Shown piece by piece: positions 1 to 9,839 of a stretch of 64,000 nucleotides of DNA. The DNA lies in contig OY843768.1 in assembly GCA_963693095.2 (NCBI GenBank), positions 1,088,001-1,152,000 of the forward strand, read 5' to 3'. This DNA comes from Cenarchaeum sp. (lineage in GTDB: Archaea; Thermoproteota; Nitrososphaeria; Nitrososphaerales; Nitrosopumilaceae). The translations under genes were made by a program, and so were the position numbers. Every line of letters starts with the position of its first letter. Positions within the stretch are counted from its first letter, which is position 1. The notes under the pieces were generated by a model. That model was not told the origin of the DNA. It worked only from the letters and a program-made list of their open reading frames with translations, and did no database searches.

Positions 1-1
1 C

Positions 2-997
2 GTGATAACAAAATACCCCTACAAGGCCACCGAAAAGCCCGACTTTGCGGCACCATCGCAGCGCCCCTCAAAGGTGCCGGCGTGGACTACCGGCATTGCG
101 CTGTGGTGGGCCGGCGGGCAGATAAGCGGCGAGGAGTTTCTCGAGGCGATCACGTACCTTCTCGCCGAGGGCGTCATTGTCGTTCCCGTCGCCGGCATGG
201 AGCGGACCGCCTCCCCGCAGACCGTGCCTGATGAGGAGACGCTCGTGGAGTGGGCATCAGGAAACGTCACAGTCGGCAGCCTAGCGCAAACCGTGCGCGA
301 GATGCTCATCGGCGGCCTAGTCGACGGGCCTCCCGAGAGTGCCGAGGCAAAGGCTTCGCGCGACAGGGATGGCCTCTTTTTGTTCAAGAACTATCTAGGG
401 CGCATAGTCTCCAACGTCGATAGCGAAAAGCGCTACATCGAGTACCCCAACCCCAGCGGTGATGTGATCAAAAAGTTCCTGCGCGACTATGTAAAGTGGA
501 ACTTTGACGAGGAGGCCGCGCGCGCGGCGACCAGTTTTCCGGATCCCGAGATCGACGTGCGGATCGGCGCGGGGGCGACCATACGCTACAACGTGTTCAT
601 AAACGAGCAGCCCTCCGGACTGCCCCTCAACCATGTCGAGACGCTGGGCGACTCGATGGCGTTCTGGGAGGCCCAGACGCTCCAGTACGGCGGCGAGGAC
701 GCGAGCATCATCTTTAGCGTGACGCGCGCAAAGCACGAGGCCAACGTGTGGGTCACGTGGGTGGTCAGGGATCTCGGCGAGGGCGTCCTGGGCCATGCGC
801 ACGTAGGCAAGGGGATTGTGGAAGTCGCCCTAGGCGACTATGCGTGCGACGGGAGCTTTCAGCTGTATGACGTGGGCACCGTTCAGGAGATAATGACGCA
901 CGAGCTGGGCCACTCTGTCGGCCTGGGCCACTCTGATGTCAAGACCAGCATAATGTACCCCACGCTCGCCCCTTCATACGCGTACTGCCTCCTCTAG
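2..997 (+). CDS. Matrixin/M10-like zinc metalloprotease with thaumarchaeal 'P-x-W...WWA' domain (probably 5'-partial)
   Basis: HELGHSVGLGHS (HExxHxxGxxH) plus Met-turn SIMYP at the C-terminus; N-terminal KVPAWTTGIALWWAGGQIS motif; ORF begins at the window edge. Confidence 0.85.
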   Translation: MITKYPYKATEKPDFAAPSQRPSKVPAWTTGIALWWAGGQISGEEFLEAITYLLAEGVIVVPVAGMERTASPQTVPDEETLVEWASGNVTVGSLAQTVREMLIGGLVDGPPESAEAKASRDRDGLFLFKNYLGRIVSNVDSEKRYIEYPNPSGDVIKKFLRDYVKWNFDEEAARAATSFPDPEIDVRIGAGATIRYNVFINEQPSGLPLNHVETLGDSMAFWEAQTLQYGGEDASIIFSVTRAKHEANVWVTWVVRDLGEGVLGHAHVGKGIVEVALGDYACDGSFQLYDVGTVQEIMTHELGHSVGLGHSDVKTSIMYPTLAPSYAYCLL

Positions 998-1557
998 CCG
1001 TCCCACGTGGCGCGCGGCGGGCCGCGGCGCATGACGAGAAAGACGCCGGCGGCAATGCCGACATGGTACAGCGAGTACATTGCGACGTGGAACTCGGTGG
1101 GGACATATCCGGCAAACCTTGACGCGAGGGCCAGGAAGAACGTGATGACACTTATTGCAAAGACAAAGTATCGTGCGATTGCTGGCAGCTCGGCGCTGCG
1201 AAAGAGGAGCATTAGCGAGACGGTGATGAGCATGGCGAGCGTTGACCAAAACCCGCCGTCAACGCCGAGGAGTTGCGCGATGATATTCGCGAGTCCCTCC
1301 AGGGTTTCAGGCGTCCCCAGTCCGGCAAGGTTCACGCGCTCTGGTGACGCAAAGCGCAGCGCGCTTAGGATGGCGTGCGCGAGAAAGACGATGAGGAGTA
1401 TCGTCGAGGCGGCGCGCGCGTGTGAGCGAAGCGACGGGAACCTCCGGCGCACGCCGCGCGCAAGCATTGCGCCCTGGAGCGCCCCGACGCCAAAGGCGAC
1501 TGCAAATGACTCGAGATAGTGCTCCTCGGCGAGCCCTAACAGTTCCTCCCCAAGCAA
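994..1557 (-). CDS. Hypothetical integral membrane protein
   Basis: 187 aa with about 5 hydrophobic segments; stop overlaps that of the convergent peptidase gene. Confidence 0.75.
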   Translation of the reverse strand: MLGEELLGLAEEHYLESFAVAFGVGALQGAMLARGVRRRFPSLRSHARAASTILLIVFLAHAILSALRFASPERVNLAGLGTPETLEGLANIIAQLLGVDGGFWSTLAMLITVSLMLLFRSAELPAIARYFVFAISVITFFLALASRFAGYVPTEFHVAMYSLYHVGIAAGVFLVMRRGPPRATWDG

Positions 1558-1631
1558 CGCGCGCGCGGCGCATGGTGCGCAGATTTAGGGATTGCCATTG
1601 GGCACGCAGGGCGGCGTGCGCAGGATGACGA

Positions 1632-1708
1632 TGGTGGGGACGATGGGACTTGAACCCATGATCTCCAGCGCCCGAGGCTGGCAGTCCACCATGCTAACCT
1701 ACGTCCCC
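1632..1708 (-). tRNA. tRNA-Pro(CGG)
   Basis: Reverse complement GGGGACG...CCAGC-CT-CGG-GC-GCTGG...GTTCAAGTC...CGTCCCC-A-CCA cloverleaf. Confidence 0.95.
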
Positions 1709-1861
1709 GGCGGGGCGCTTGACGGGCCGTTATTATGTCTAATTCCGCCATGCAATAGCCGTCATGTGCCATGGCGGGACTGACCCTGTTTGGAGAATCC
1801 ATGTCGCATGCCAGCAGAGCGCGCTCCAAAGTCGCCCCCCTGCCAGGTTACAGGCTGCGCC

Positions 1862-4800
1862 CTATATGGGTGAGTACGCGACGCTCGTCGTGCCGGCCGT
1901 GCCGGCCAGCGGCGCATGAACGAGGACGAATGACTGCCGCATGTCCGCGCCTGCCGACGCGGGGATCGCCAGGGTCTCCGAGGCCTCATCGCCCTGCCCC
2001 GCAGCCGCGCCCGTCGCTCGTTCCCCGCCGACTGTCCAGTCAGACGCCCTGATCGTGCCGGACACGGGCTCGGTGAACGACACGAGCGTCTCAGTCGGGC
2101 CGAGGACGCTTGCGCTGAACTCGGGCCGCAGCGTGTCGATTATGGCAGCACCCCCGGTGACGGCCGTGCGCCCCACGGTCGACTCGATGACCGACTCGAT
2201 TCCACCGACGTCGCGCGCCACTATGACAAACTCTACGGCGCCCTGCGCGGCTCCCTCAGGCACTGTGTACGCCGTTGACCACCGCGCGCGATCCGCACCT
2301 TCCGTGAAAACCATGTCCTCCGCGTCACCGTATACGGCCATGCGCGGCGGTGCGCCAGCCGACTCTCCCAACATAAGACCCACCTCGATCATGTCGCCGA
2401 CTCGCACGTACTCGTTGTCGGTCCGTGATGGGCCGGGCTTTGAGGCCGACAAGGTGATCGCAGATGCTGTCGGCGGTATGGCGTCAGTCGCCGTCACCGG
2501 AAACGGGCCGCCGCCCTGCACGTTTGGCGTCGCCCCCATGTCGCGCACTCGCCCTGCGTCATCGTCGTCTGCGCTGTAGGTCACAGTCGGAGTAGACGCG
2601 GTCCCGGAGAGCTCGGCGTGCGTGAGCACCAGGACGCTCGGCTCGCCGGGCTTGACTGCCACGCCGCTGACCGGCCTGTCTGTCCCGTCGTGCACTGTCC
2701 AGTGCGCCCCGAGCTGGGCAGGTGTGGCCCCGGCTCCGAGCGCGACGGGCTCCCCAAAGGTGACCTCCGTCATCGTGGGCGAGATCGAGGTGGCCGAGAC
2801 GGGCTCGGGGGCGTGCGTGTCCGTGTAGGTGACGCGCGGGAATGACACTACAGAGTTCCGCACGTCTCTAAGTGTGTAATCCGCGCCGAAGCGGTACTTT
2901 GTGCCGCCCGAGGCGTCACGCTCGGTCGTCAGACGCAGCTCCGTGGATCCCTCGGCGTACGACGCGGAGACCTGGCCCAGGTCAGGCGCCGTCGAGAACG
3001 TCGCTTCCACGATCCTGTGGGGTATGATGGGGCTGCCCAGCGTGACGACTATGGTGTTCTGGTCATCAAATGCGGCCGAGCTCGCCGGTGCCGGACGGTA
3101 CGTCACGGCCTGCGTCCCGGCCGGCAAAAAGTTGCCCGCGACGTCGCGCACCTTGCTGGCCGCAATGCTGATCGTGTACGTGGTGTCGTCAGCCGGCGCG
3201 GCGGCGAGCCGGAGATGGGCGAACCTGGACAGCGGCTCGTAGGAGACGGCGTCAGACTCGCTTAGGCTGCTCTCCGTCGACCCGTCCGCAGTCACCCCAA
3301 AGGCCTCGGCAGTCACGGTGTCCGGCCGCAACGGCTCGCTGAGCTCCAGGACCACCGAGTCAGGGGCGCTCGCGACGTACGCGCTGAGCACCACTGGCGG
3401 CGTAACGTCGCTGCGCGAGAGCACCACCTCCAGGTTCTCAAACTCGTGCCCGCTCGTGTCCGTCGCCGTTCGGGGAATCGTGATCGTGTACGGCGTGTTG
3501 GCCGCAGCGGCAACCGTCGAGGTCAGCGTTACCGTAGCTGAGCCCGTGACGTATGCAGGGATCAGCTCGCCGAGCCCTTCGGCTTCAAATGTGCTTGCTA
3601 GGATGGATGCCGGGCTGAGCGCCTCGCTGGACGTCAATGATATCGTGGTCGGCCCCGTGAATGCGGCCGAGGTGAACTGTGGACTGACATTGTCTAGGAT
3701 CCTGGCAGAAAAGCTTGGCAGCACCCGTCCCGATCCTGTCGACAGTGCGTTGGCCGTCTCACCGTCCTGTGCAGTCGGCTTTGTGTACTCTAAATGGCGC
3801 CCCTGTGATTCTGCGGGTGCTGCGTGCCCGATGCGGATTGAGCTGAGGGATGTGACTGTCACGTCATCCGTCACAGGCTCGGGCTCGTATCCAGAGCTGC
3901 TGGTACTGATCCCTGTTGCGGGCACGCCGCCAATCTTCCATTCTGAGGCGTTGGTTGTGCCGGTTAGTGGACTCGTAAATCTCACGATCACCGTTCCGGC
4001 ATTCATTTCGCCTACAGCGGCCAATAGGCTCGGAACACCATTCACGGTAGTCGACGAGGGAGCCGAAAGGACGTTTCCGGCCGTGTCCTCTATGGCAGAG
4101 ATGCCCGCAGGCGGCGAGTATGTCAACGTTCCTTCGACGAATCGAGGAGAAGAAAATCTTATGAAAAACTGGTTATCGGCATCAATGTTTGCCGAGATGG
4201 ATCGCGGATTGTGCGACCTTCCCGTCGAGGGATCCATAAACGTCCAGTTGGCACGGTCTGGCAAATAGCCCCGCACATGGCGCACATCTTCGCTAAATGT
4301 GACGGTAATAGGGCTGCTGGTAAAATAGTTTGTGTATGCAGCGGTAAATGTCGGAGGTGTTATGTCCGTCCCGAGCATGGCCATGACTGAGCTTTCCGTG
4401 TGCACATTACCCACAATGTCTGCAATGGCAGGTATTCTCACGGTGTACGTGCTGCCAGCCACGGCATGCGCAGGCAGCGTGAGCCGAATTGTGCTTTGCG
4501 CATTATCATACAAACCCGTCACGGGAAACTGGGCGCCAGACGGCGGCGTGACTAAAAATTGTGCAGGGGCCGCCGACTTCGCGTCGAGCGGCTCGTCAAA
4601 TGTTAGCGATATAATGTTGCTTGCGGTAAATCTTGCCGCTAGCGCGGCAGGGGGCTTGACGTCGATCGTGACATTTTCTCCTGCCGTTATGGCGCTCTCT
4701 GAGAATGACACCGTGCCCGTGGTACCGGCATCCACTATCGCGAACCGCGCCGGCCCGTTCGGAGACGATGCCACGACGGTGTGCGCGTATGCCCACGACT

Positions 4801-6829
4801 TTCCGCTGTCGCCCACGGCAGTCATCGTGTTCACCGCCCCCCCGGCGAACACTATCGTGGGTGCGGCGCCCACGTTGGCCTGCAGCAGCTCCAGCGAGAC
4901 GGAGATCTTGTCCCCTGCCTTTACGTGCAGGCGTCCTGCGCCAGACTTTGCGGCACCAGCAGAATTTTGCGCCTCCACGGTCAGCGAGGACAGAGACGAT
5001 GGTGTCGGGGGATCAATCCCGTTGATTGCGAGGATGGCATCAATTCCCGTAAACCCGTTTTCGTGCCAGTCGTCCCTAAAATCATATATTGTAGGCGCGG
5101 GTGATGTCGCCTCCAGTCCCGTGATGGAGGTAAACGTTCTCCACACCATGTCAAAACTCGACACGGTGTCATCAGTCTCGCCGACAGCCGTAGACGCCGG
5201 ATCAGACAGATCCCACAGGGCAGAGGTGACACTCCCCTCCACATCTGAGCCAACAGTTCTATGCAGTGAATATAGAGGATAGGCGAGTTCTGTATAGGCG
5301 AGTTCTGGAGAGTCTCGGGTTTCTAACCTCACATGATAATACACACCTAGCCCTGGCAAGATTTGAGTGTCAAGAATTATGGACGGTATAAAATCTGCCC
5401 ATCCTTCTGCCCATGCGGCGGCGTCGTTGGTGCGAATGGCATAACCATGACCAACATCATACGGGGGAATGATAGGAAGGGCGCCATACACATCAGCCTC
5501 CACATGATGCCCATACTCGTGAATTGTTACATATTGTTGATACAAAGAGATCGAACTTGAAGTCAGGCTGATTGTTGGGGGATCATCTGAATAAATGCCC
5601 GGGAGGCCGACGCCACCTAGGGAAATCTGGACATGGCCAAGAGTGTACCCTACCTCATCCTCAAAGAATTGGTGGGCGACATGAACGTCTGCGTATGGTG
5701 CAAGCGCAAGCCTAAAAGGGTCGTTCTGTGGAATGGTTGCGGTGCCCATGCTGAACAGTGGTCCCGTAACGTCATTGCGGGTTGGCAGCTCGAGGTTTGG
5801 GACTGCGCCCTCGCGCTTCACTGTGGCAACGTCATCATCAACCAGCGAGAAGCGCACCACAATGTCTGCGGTGCCCATGCCGTCGGTGTCTGCGGTGGGA
5901 ACCGTCAGGCCATAAAATCCCTCACTGGCGGTCCGGCCGCACACGTTCTGGCCATTGTGCTGCAACGGCATGGCCGCCGTCATGCCGTCGGATCCTTCGT
6001 CGTGCAGGCAGACCATCACGTCGGCGACGGGCGCCACAGTCCCGCCCCTGCCCACCGCATTCAGGTACCCGTAGACATATGCCATGCCAGGAGTTCCTGC
6101 GCTGCCTGACACGTCAGGGGCGCCCCGCCCACCAGCTGACATGGCCGACTCGGGCAGCACGGACGTGAACCTTCCAGGGCTCCCCACCGCCCCTGATGCA
6201 AGCTCGACTAAACTCCCAATGACCACACTCGTGCCATACTGGTTGGCGAACAAGTGCAGCGGCATGCTCGCATCATCGTCCCTCACTCCCAGATCCACGA
6301 CAACCTCGGCGTTGCTGTATTTGATGTCAGACAGCAACTCTAGCGTTATATCATCAGATGCAGCGTCTGGCGAGTACGCGTTGAGGCGCGTGTACTCGTA
6401 TGTTTTGTGGCCGTTGGCATCAGTCCACAGAATAGTCATCTCAAAGCCCTTGTCCTCCCAATCCACCACGCCAATCCCCTCAGGTAACGTGAGCGTGACC
6501 GTGCTGCCCACATATCCGTTGGGACGTGACATGTTCCGTAGGTCATCTAGTGCGCCATAGCGTCCGGGCGGGAGATCCTTGCCCTCCAACGTCCCGATCT
6601 CATCGTTGTCTGGAATCTCTTTCCATGCGTACGTGTACGATATGACGAACTCTTTGCCGACCTCGTCATACTCTGAAATGCTGTACGAACCTATGGGCCA
6701 CGCACATGAATAGTCGCATGGTATTTCAGGGGGCACGGCGTGTGCAGGAATGGCAGCAGATGCGGCGCACAGTGTCACAATGGCGACACATATGGTGGCC
6801 TGAAGACTCGGAAATGACAGGCCAATCAC
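1862..6829 (-). CDS. Large secreted/surface protein: gluzincin-like metalloprotease domain followed by multiple Ig-like (Big/SwmB-like) repeats
   Basis: Signal peptide; HEYGH (5507-5521) with downstream WAEGWADF third-ligand motif; repeated D-x-T-P-P...I-x-L-T-F-[SD]-E-P-[LV] modules; 1655 aa. Confidence 0.85.
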   Translation of the reverse strand: MIGLSFPSLQATICVAIVTLCAASAAIPAHAVPPEIPCDYSCAWPIGSYSISEYDEVGKEFVISYTYAWKEIPDNDEIGTLEGKDLPPGRYGALDDLRNMSRPNGYVGSTVTLTLPEGIGVVDWEDKGFEMTILWTDANGHKTYEYTRLNAYSPDAASDDITLELLSDIKYSNAEVVVDLGVRDDDASMPLHLFANQYGTSVVIGSLVELASGAVGSPGRFTSVLPESAMSAGGRGAPDVSGSAGTPGMAYVYGYLNAVGRGGTVAPVADVMVCLHDEGSDGMTAAMPLQHNGQNVCGRTASEGFYGLTVPTADTDGMGTADIVVRFSLVDDDVATVKREGAVPNLELPTRNDVTGPLFSMGTATIPQNDPFRLALAPYADVHVAHQFFEDEVGYTLGHVQISLGGVGLPGIYSDDPPTISLTSSSISLYQQYVTIHEYGHHVEADVYGALPIIPPYDVGHGYAIRTNDAAAWAEGWADFIPSIILDTQILPGLGVYYHVRLETRDSPELAYTELAYPLYSLHRTVGSDVEGSVTSALWDLSDPASTAVGETDDTVSSFDMVWRTFTSITGLEATSPAPTIYDFRDDWHENGFTGIDAILAINGIDPPTPSSLSSLTVEAQNSAGAAKSGAGRLHVKAGDKISVSLELLQANVGAAPTIVFAGGAVNTMTAVGDSGKSWAYAHTVVASSPNGPARFAIVDAGTTGTVSFSESAITAGENVTIDVKPPAALAARFTASNIISLTFDEPLDAKSAAPAQFLVTPPSGAQFPVTGLYDNAQSTIRLTLPAHAVAGSTYTVRIPAIADIVGNVHTESSVMAMLGTDITPPTFTAAYTNYFTSSPITVTFSEDVRHVRGYLPDRANWTFMDPSTGRSHNPRSISANIDADNQFFIRFSSPRFVEGTLTYSPPAGISAIEDTAGNVLSAPSSTTVNGVPSLLAAVGEMNAGTVIVRFTSPLTGTTNASEWKIGGVPATGISTSSSGYEPEPVTDDVTVTSLSSIRIGHAAPAESQGRHLEYTKPTAQDGETANALSTGSGRVLPSFSARILDNVSPQFTSAAFTGPTTISLTSSEALSPASILASTFEAEGLGELIPAYVTGSATVTLTSTVAAAANTPYTITIPRTATDTSGHEFENLEVVLSRSDVTPPVVLSAYVASAPDSVVLELSEPLRPDTVTAEAFGVTADGSTESSLSESDAVSYEPLSRFAHLRLAAAPADDTTYTISIAASKVRDVAGNFLPAGTQAVTYRPAPASSAAFDDQNTIVVTLGSPIIPHRIVEATFSTAPDLGQVSASYAEGSTELRLTTERDASGGTKYRFGADYTLRDVRNSVVSFPRVTYTDTHAPEPVSATSISPTMTEVTFGEPVALGAGATPAQLGAHWTVHDGTDRPVSGVAVKPGEPSVLVLTHAELSGTASTPTVTYSADDDDAGRVRDMGATPNVQGGGPFPVTATDAIPPTASAITLSASKPGPSRTDNEYVRVGDMIEVGLMLGESAGAPPRMAVYGDAEDMVFTEGADRARWSTAYTVPEGAAQGAVEFVIVARDVGGIESVIESTVGRTAVTGGAAIIDTLRPEFSASVLGPTETLVSFTEPVSGTIRASDWTVGGERATGAAAGQGDEASETLAIPASAGADMRQSFVLVHAPLAGTAGTTSVAYSPI

Positions 6830-9800
6830 CCTATGGAGATCGTGACCTCTTTGCTGGCGGGGTCTGATCCCGTGGCGGCCATCACCGTGAATGTGTGCTC
6901 GCCGACCGTTGCAGACGCTTGTGACGCGTCAACCGTTATCGTGGCCCTGTTGATGGCCGTGTTCTGCACGGTCACAAAGTCAGGCTGACCCGAGAGTAGC
7001 ACTATGGCGAATCCTCCCCCCTCCACGCGCGTGACATTGACAGCAAATGAGCGCACCTCCCCAGTCGTTACTGACGCACCGTCGAGTCCACCGACCGTAA
7101 ACTCGATTTGTGCTGCGGGGGCCGGGGCTGGCGCGGGGGCCGGGGCTGGCGCGGGGGCCGGGGCTGGCGCGGGGGCCGGGGCTGGCGCGGGGGCCGGGGC
7201 TGGCGCGGGGGCGGTGTTCTTGTCTACGCCATTAGAGATTTCTGACAGGTCAAGGTAGTTGACGTCACCGATTACGTGAACGCCGGGCGTGGATGAAGAG
7301 CCTTTGACGGCACCGCTGTACGTTATGAGCACAGAGTGCCCATCGGTGTCCACATTTGCGCCAACTATGGCATAACGGTCGTCATCCATTCGGTAGTCCA
7401 CCATGTCGACTTGGAGAGGATCCAACACCTTGTCATAGACTATCCTAATGGTTCCCGGCTTGACATTCTCTGCATACAGCACAGACGGCTCAACTAGCGA
7501 GACGTCGATTGTGCGGTGTTTTGTTGTTAGACGTGTGCCAGACGTGCCAGACGTGCCAGACGTGCCAGACGTGCCAGACGTGCCAGACGTGCCAGACGTG
7601 CCAGACGTGCCAGACGTGCCAGACGTGCCAGACGTCGAATCTAGTGGCACAATAGAGATGGCGTTCGCCATGCTACGGCCATGCCTTTCGACCACCATCA
7701 TCTTGTTGTTTCCAAGATGCTCGATTTGGGTAAAGTAAGAGGGCGAGTCCCGCGGATGTGGAAATTCCGTTATGAACCCATAGGACGCAGTCGCGTTGTT
7801 AGTCGCGATATTGTATGAATGCAAGAGGCGATCAAGCGGATCCCGCGTGGCCGTATACAGCAGACCGTTATAGTAGTCCATCGCGATCGGGAATTCCGCC
7901 GTGCAACAACGCGGCGGTACGATTATGGACAGTGGTGAGCCTTGCTTATAGTGTAGCGCGACGTGTGCGTTGTGCTGCGGTGACAGCTTGTACATGTCGG
8001 TCAGGAAAGATCCTCCATCATATGCCTCAATGCCCTGACCAAAGCGCGACAAGGAGCCAGAGTCATGCCATGGGCTGTGCGCAACGCCTAGCAGCTCGCC
8101 ATTGGTCTCATTGAACGTCTGCAGCTCCCCGTCGCGGTAAGACGTTATCCCACGCGCAGTGTTGTATGCGTCATAGTCAACCGTAGGGGCATGCAGCGAG
8201 GAGACAATATGCACCGTTCCCGACGATTTGTCGTCTTGATCGTTGTGTACGGACATGCGCTCCCCAAAGCGATCATTGCGCATGGGGTCGGGGTTTGGTA
8301 TCTCGTATGCAAGCCCCCAGGTCGTGGTGTTGTACACATAGACGCGCCCCACGGACTTTACGTGGCCGTTCGAATAGTCGGCCATGGATACAAACAGCCG
8401 GTCGCCGGAGGACGCCATTGAAGAGCCAAAGTTGCCCTGCACACCCGCCGGTCCGCGGATCGTCGCAATGGGGCTAGTCGACGCGGAGCTAAAGATTTGA
8501 ACGACAGACGTCCCGTCTGACGCGCACGCCTGACACATGAGGGCAAACCTAGTGTCGCTTTTTGAACTCTGTATGGCAGTCATGTGATCATATAAATTGG
8601 TCGTTGAGAAGGTCATCGTTGTGGGTGTAATCGCGTTCGTTGTATCATACACCGATATGTGCTTTGGGCCGACTGCCCCCAACGGCCTTTCATACAGGGC
8701 AAGCAGATCACCTGTGAGCGGCGCGACTCCGGCAAACCAGTATCCCGCCTTAGGAAAAATAGTATCCGTGGCGTCGGACAGCATGTGAGGTGGAGGAATT
8801 GGACGCGTTTGCACTTTGACTATCTGCGTGTCAGTGGACGTGTTGCCGCGCGAGTCAGTCGCGGTCCACGTCACGGCCGTGCTTCCAAGCCCAAAGGAGG
8901 CGGGGTTGTTGTTTGTCACCACCGGTCGCGGATCCGCCAGATCCGAGACGGTTGGAAACCCTTGGCGAGCCAACGCATTGCCAGAAACAGGGGGCGGAGG
9001 GCCGTACAGGGCATCAGGCGGTGCCACTATTGAGGGCCCCGTGGTGTCCACCACCGTGACGGCCTGCGTTGCGCTAGCCGAGTTTCCCTCGCCGTCAGTG
9101 GCGGTCCACATCACCGTGTTTGCCCCAACGGCCAGTCCCGACTTTGCGCTAGATACTAGAGCTGGACTTTGCGTGACAAGGTCAGTCGCAGTCGCCTTGC
9201 CGGGGTTTATGCTTGACAGCGGGGTCATGAATGCCGTAGCCTCCACGGTTGCCGCCGCCGGCGGCGTCACGGTAGGTGGCGTGGTGTCGCGTACCACAGT
9301 CGCCCGAGTCACGGCAACGGTGTTTCCTGAATCATTAGAGGTGGTGCATAACGTACGAGTGATTCCCAATGGTAGATTCGGCCGCAATTCACACGTGATC
9401 GACGCCCAATAGGAGGCAGATCCCTCGGCCTGGCTGGATCGAGGAGGTAGTGGCGTGAGTGAACCCGTGGCCTCTATCACGCGTGTGGTTTGTGGTGGGT
9501 GTGGCGGCGGCGTTGTGTTGACGACCACGACGGCCTGACGGTCATGCGCCGTCTCACCAGAGTTGGTGGCAGTCCACGTCACAACGGTGATCCCCGCGGG
9601 CAGGGCAGTCGTGCTCGCGATGCTGCTCGTCGCTTGGACTCCCAACACATCAGTCGTGGCGGTTCCGCATTTTGCCTGTGCCCACGTGGTGAGCGGATAC
9701 ACAAGCTCCACGACGCACGCCGGAGGCGCAGTCACGGTCAGGGCCGCGGCAGGGGTGACGCCATGCGGCGCGCAGGCCGCTAGCGCGACGGCCAGGACCG

Positions 9801-9837
9801 CTCCGAGGACCAGTGTAAAGCGCACTGCGGCGGACAA
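6826..9837 (-). CDS. Secreted HYR-domain / beta-propeller surface protein with (SGT)n and (AP)n linkers
   Basis: Signal peptide; HYR-like repeats DTTPPTVTPP...G-x-T-x-V-x-WTATD-x-x-GN; propeller-like NPDP...DRFG / GRVYVY; stop overlaps the next start (GTGA). Confidence 0.85.
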   Translation of the reverse strand: MSAAVRFTLVLGAVLAVALAACAPHGVTPAAALTVTAPPACVVELVYPLTTWAQAKCGTATTDVLGVQATSSIASTTALPAGITVVTWTATNSGETAHDRQAVVVVNTTPPPHPPQTTRVIEATGSLTPLPPRSSQAEGSASYWASITCELRPNLPLGITRTLCTTSNDSGNTVAVTRATVVRDTTPPTVTPPAAATVEATAFMTPLSSINPGKATATDLVTQSPALVSSAKSGLAVGANTVMWTATDGEGNSASATQAVTVVDTTGPSIVAPPDALYGPPPPVSGNALARQGFPTVSDLADPRPVVTNNNPASFGLGSTAVTWTATDSRGNTSTDTQIVKVQTRPIPPPHMLSDATDTIFPKAGYWFAGVAPLTGDLLALYERPLGAVGPKHISVYDTTNAITPTTMTFSTTNLYDHMTAIQSSKSDTRFALMCQACASDGTSVVQIFSSASTSPIATIRGPAGVQGNFGSSMASSGDRLFVSMADYSNGHVKSVGRVYVYNTTTWGLAYEIPNPDPMRNDRFGERMSVHNDQDDKSSGTVHIVSSLHAPTVDYDAYNTARGITSYRDGELQTFNETNGELLGVAHSPWHDSGSLSRFGQGIEAYDGGSFLTDMYKLSPQHNAHVALHYKQGSPLSIIVPPRCCTAEFPIAMDYYNGLLYTATRDPLDRLLHSYNIATNNATASYGFITEFPHPRDSPSYFTQIEHLGNNKMMVVERHGRSMANAISIVPLDSTSGTSGTSGTSGTSGTSGTSGTSGTSGTSGTSGTRLTTKHRTIDVSLVEPSVLYAENVKPGTIRIVYDKVLDPLQVDMVDYRMDDDRYAIVGANVDTDGHSVLITYSGAVKGSSSTPGVHVIGDVNYLDLSEISNGVDKNTAPAPAPAPAPAPAPAPAPAPAPAPAPAPAPAPAAQIEFTVGGLDGASVTTGEVRSFAVNVTRVEGGGFAIVLLSGQPDFVTVQNTAINRATITVDASQASATVGEHTFTVMAATGSDPASKEVTISIG
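7115..7212. repeat. 18-bp tandem repeat (about 5.4 copies) encoding an (AP)n linker
   Basis: GCGGGGGCCGGGGCTGGC repeated perfectly. Confidence 0.95.
7535..7633. repeat. 9-bp tandem repeat x11 encoding (SGT)11
   Basis: GTGCCAGAC repeated perfectly 11 times. Confidence 0.95.
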
Positions 9838-9839
9838 GG

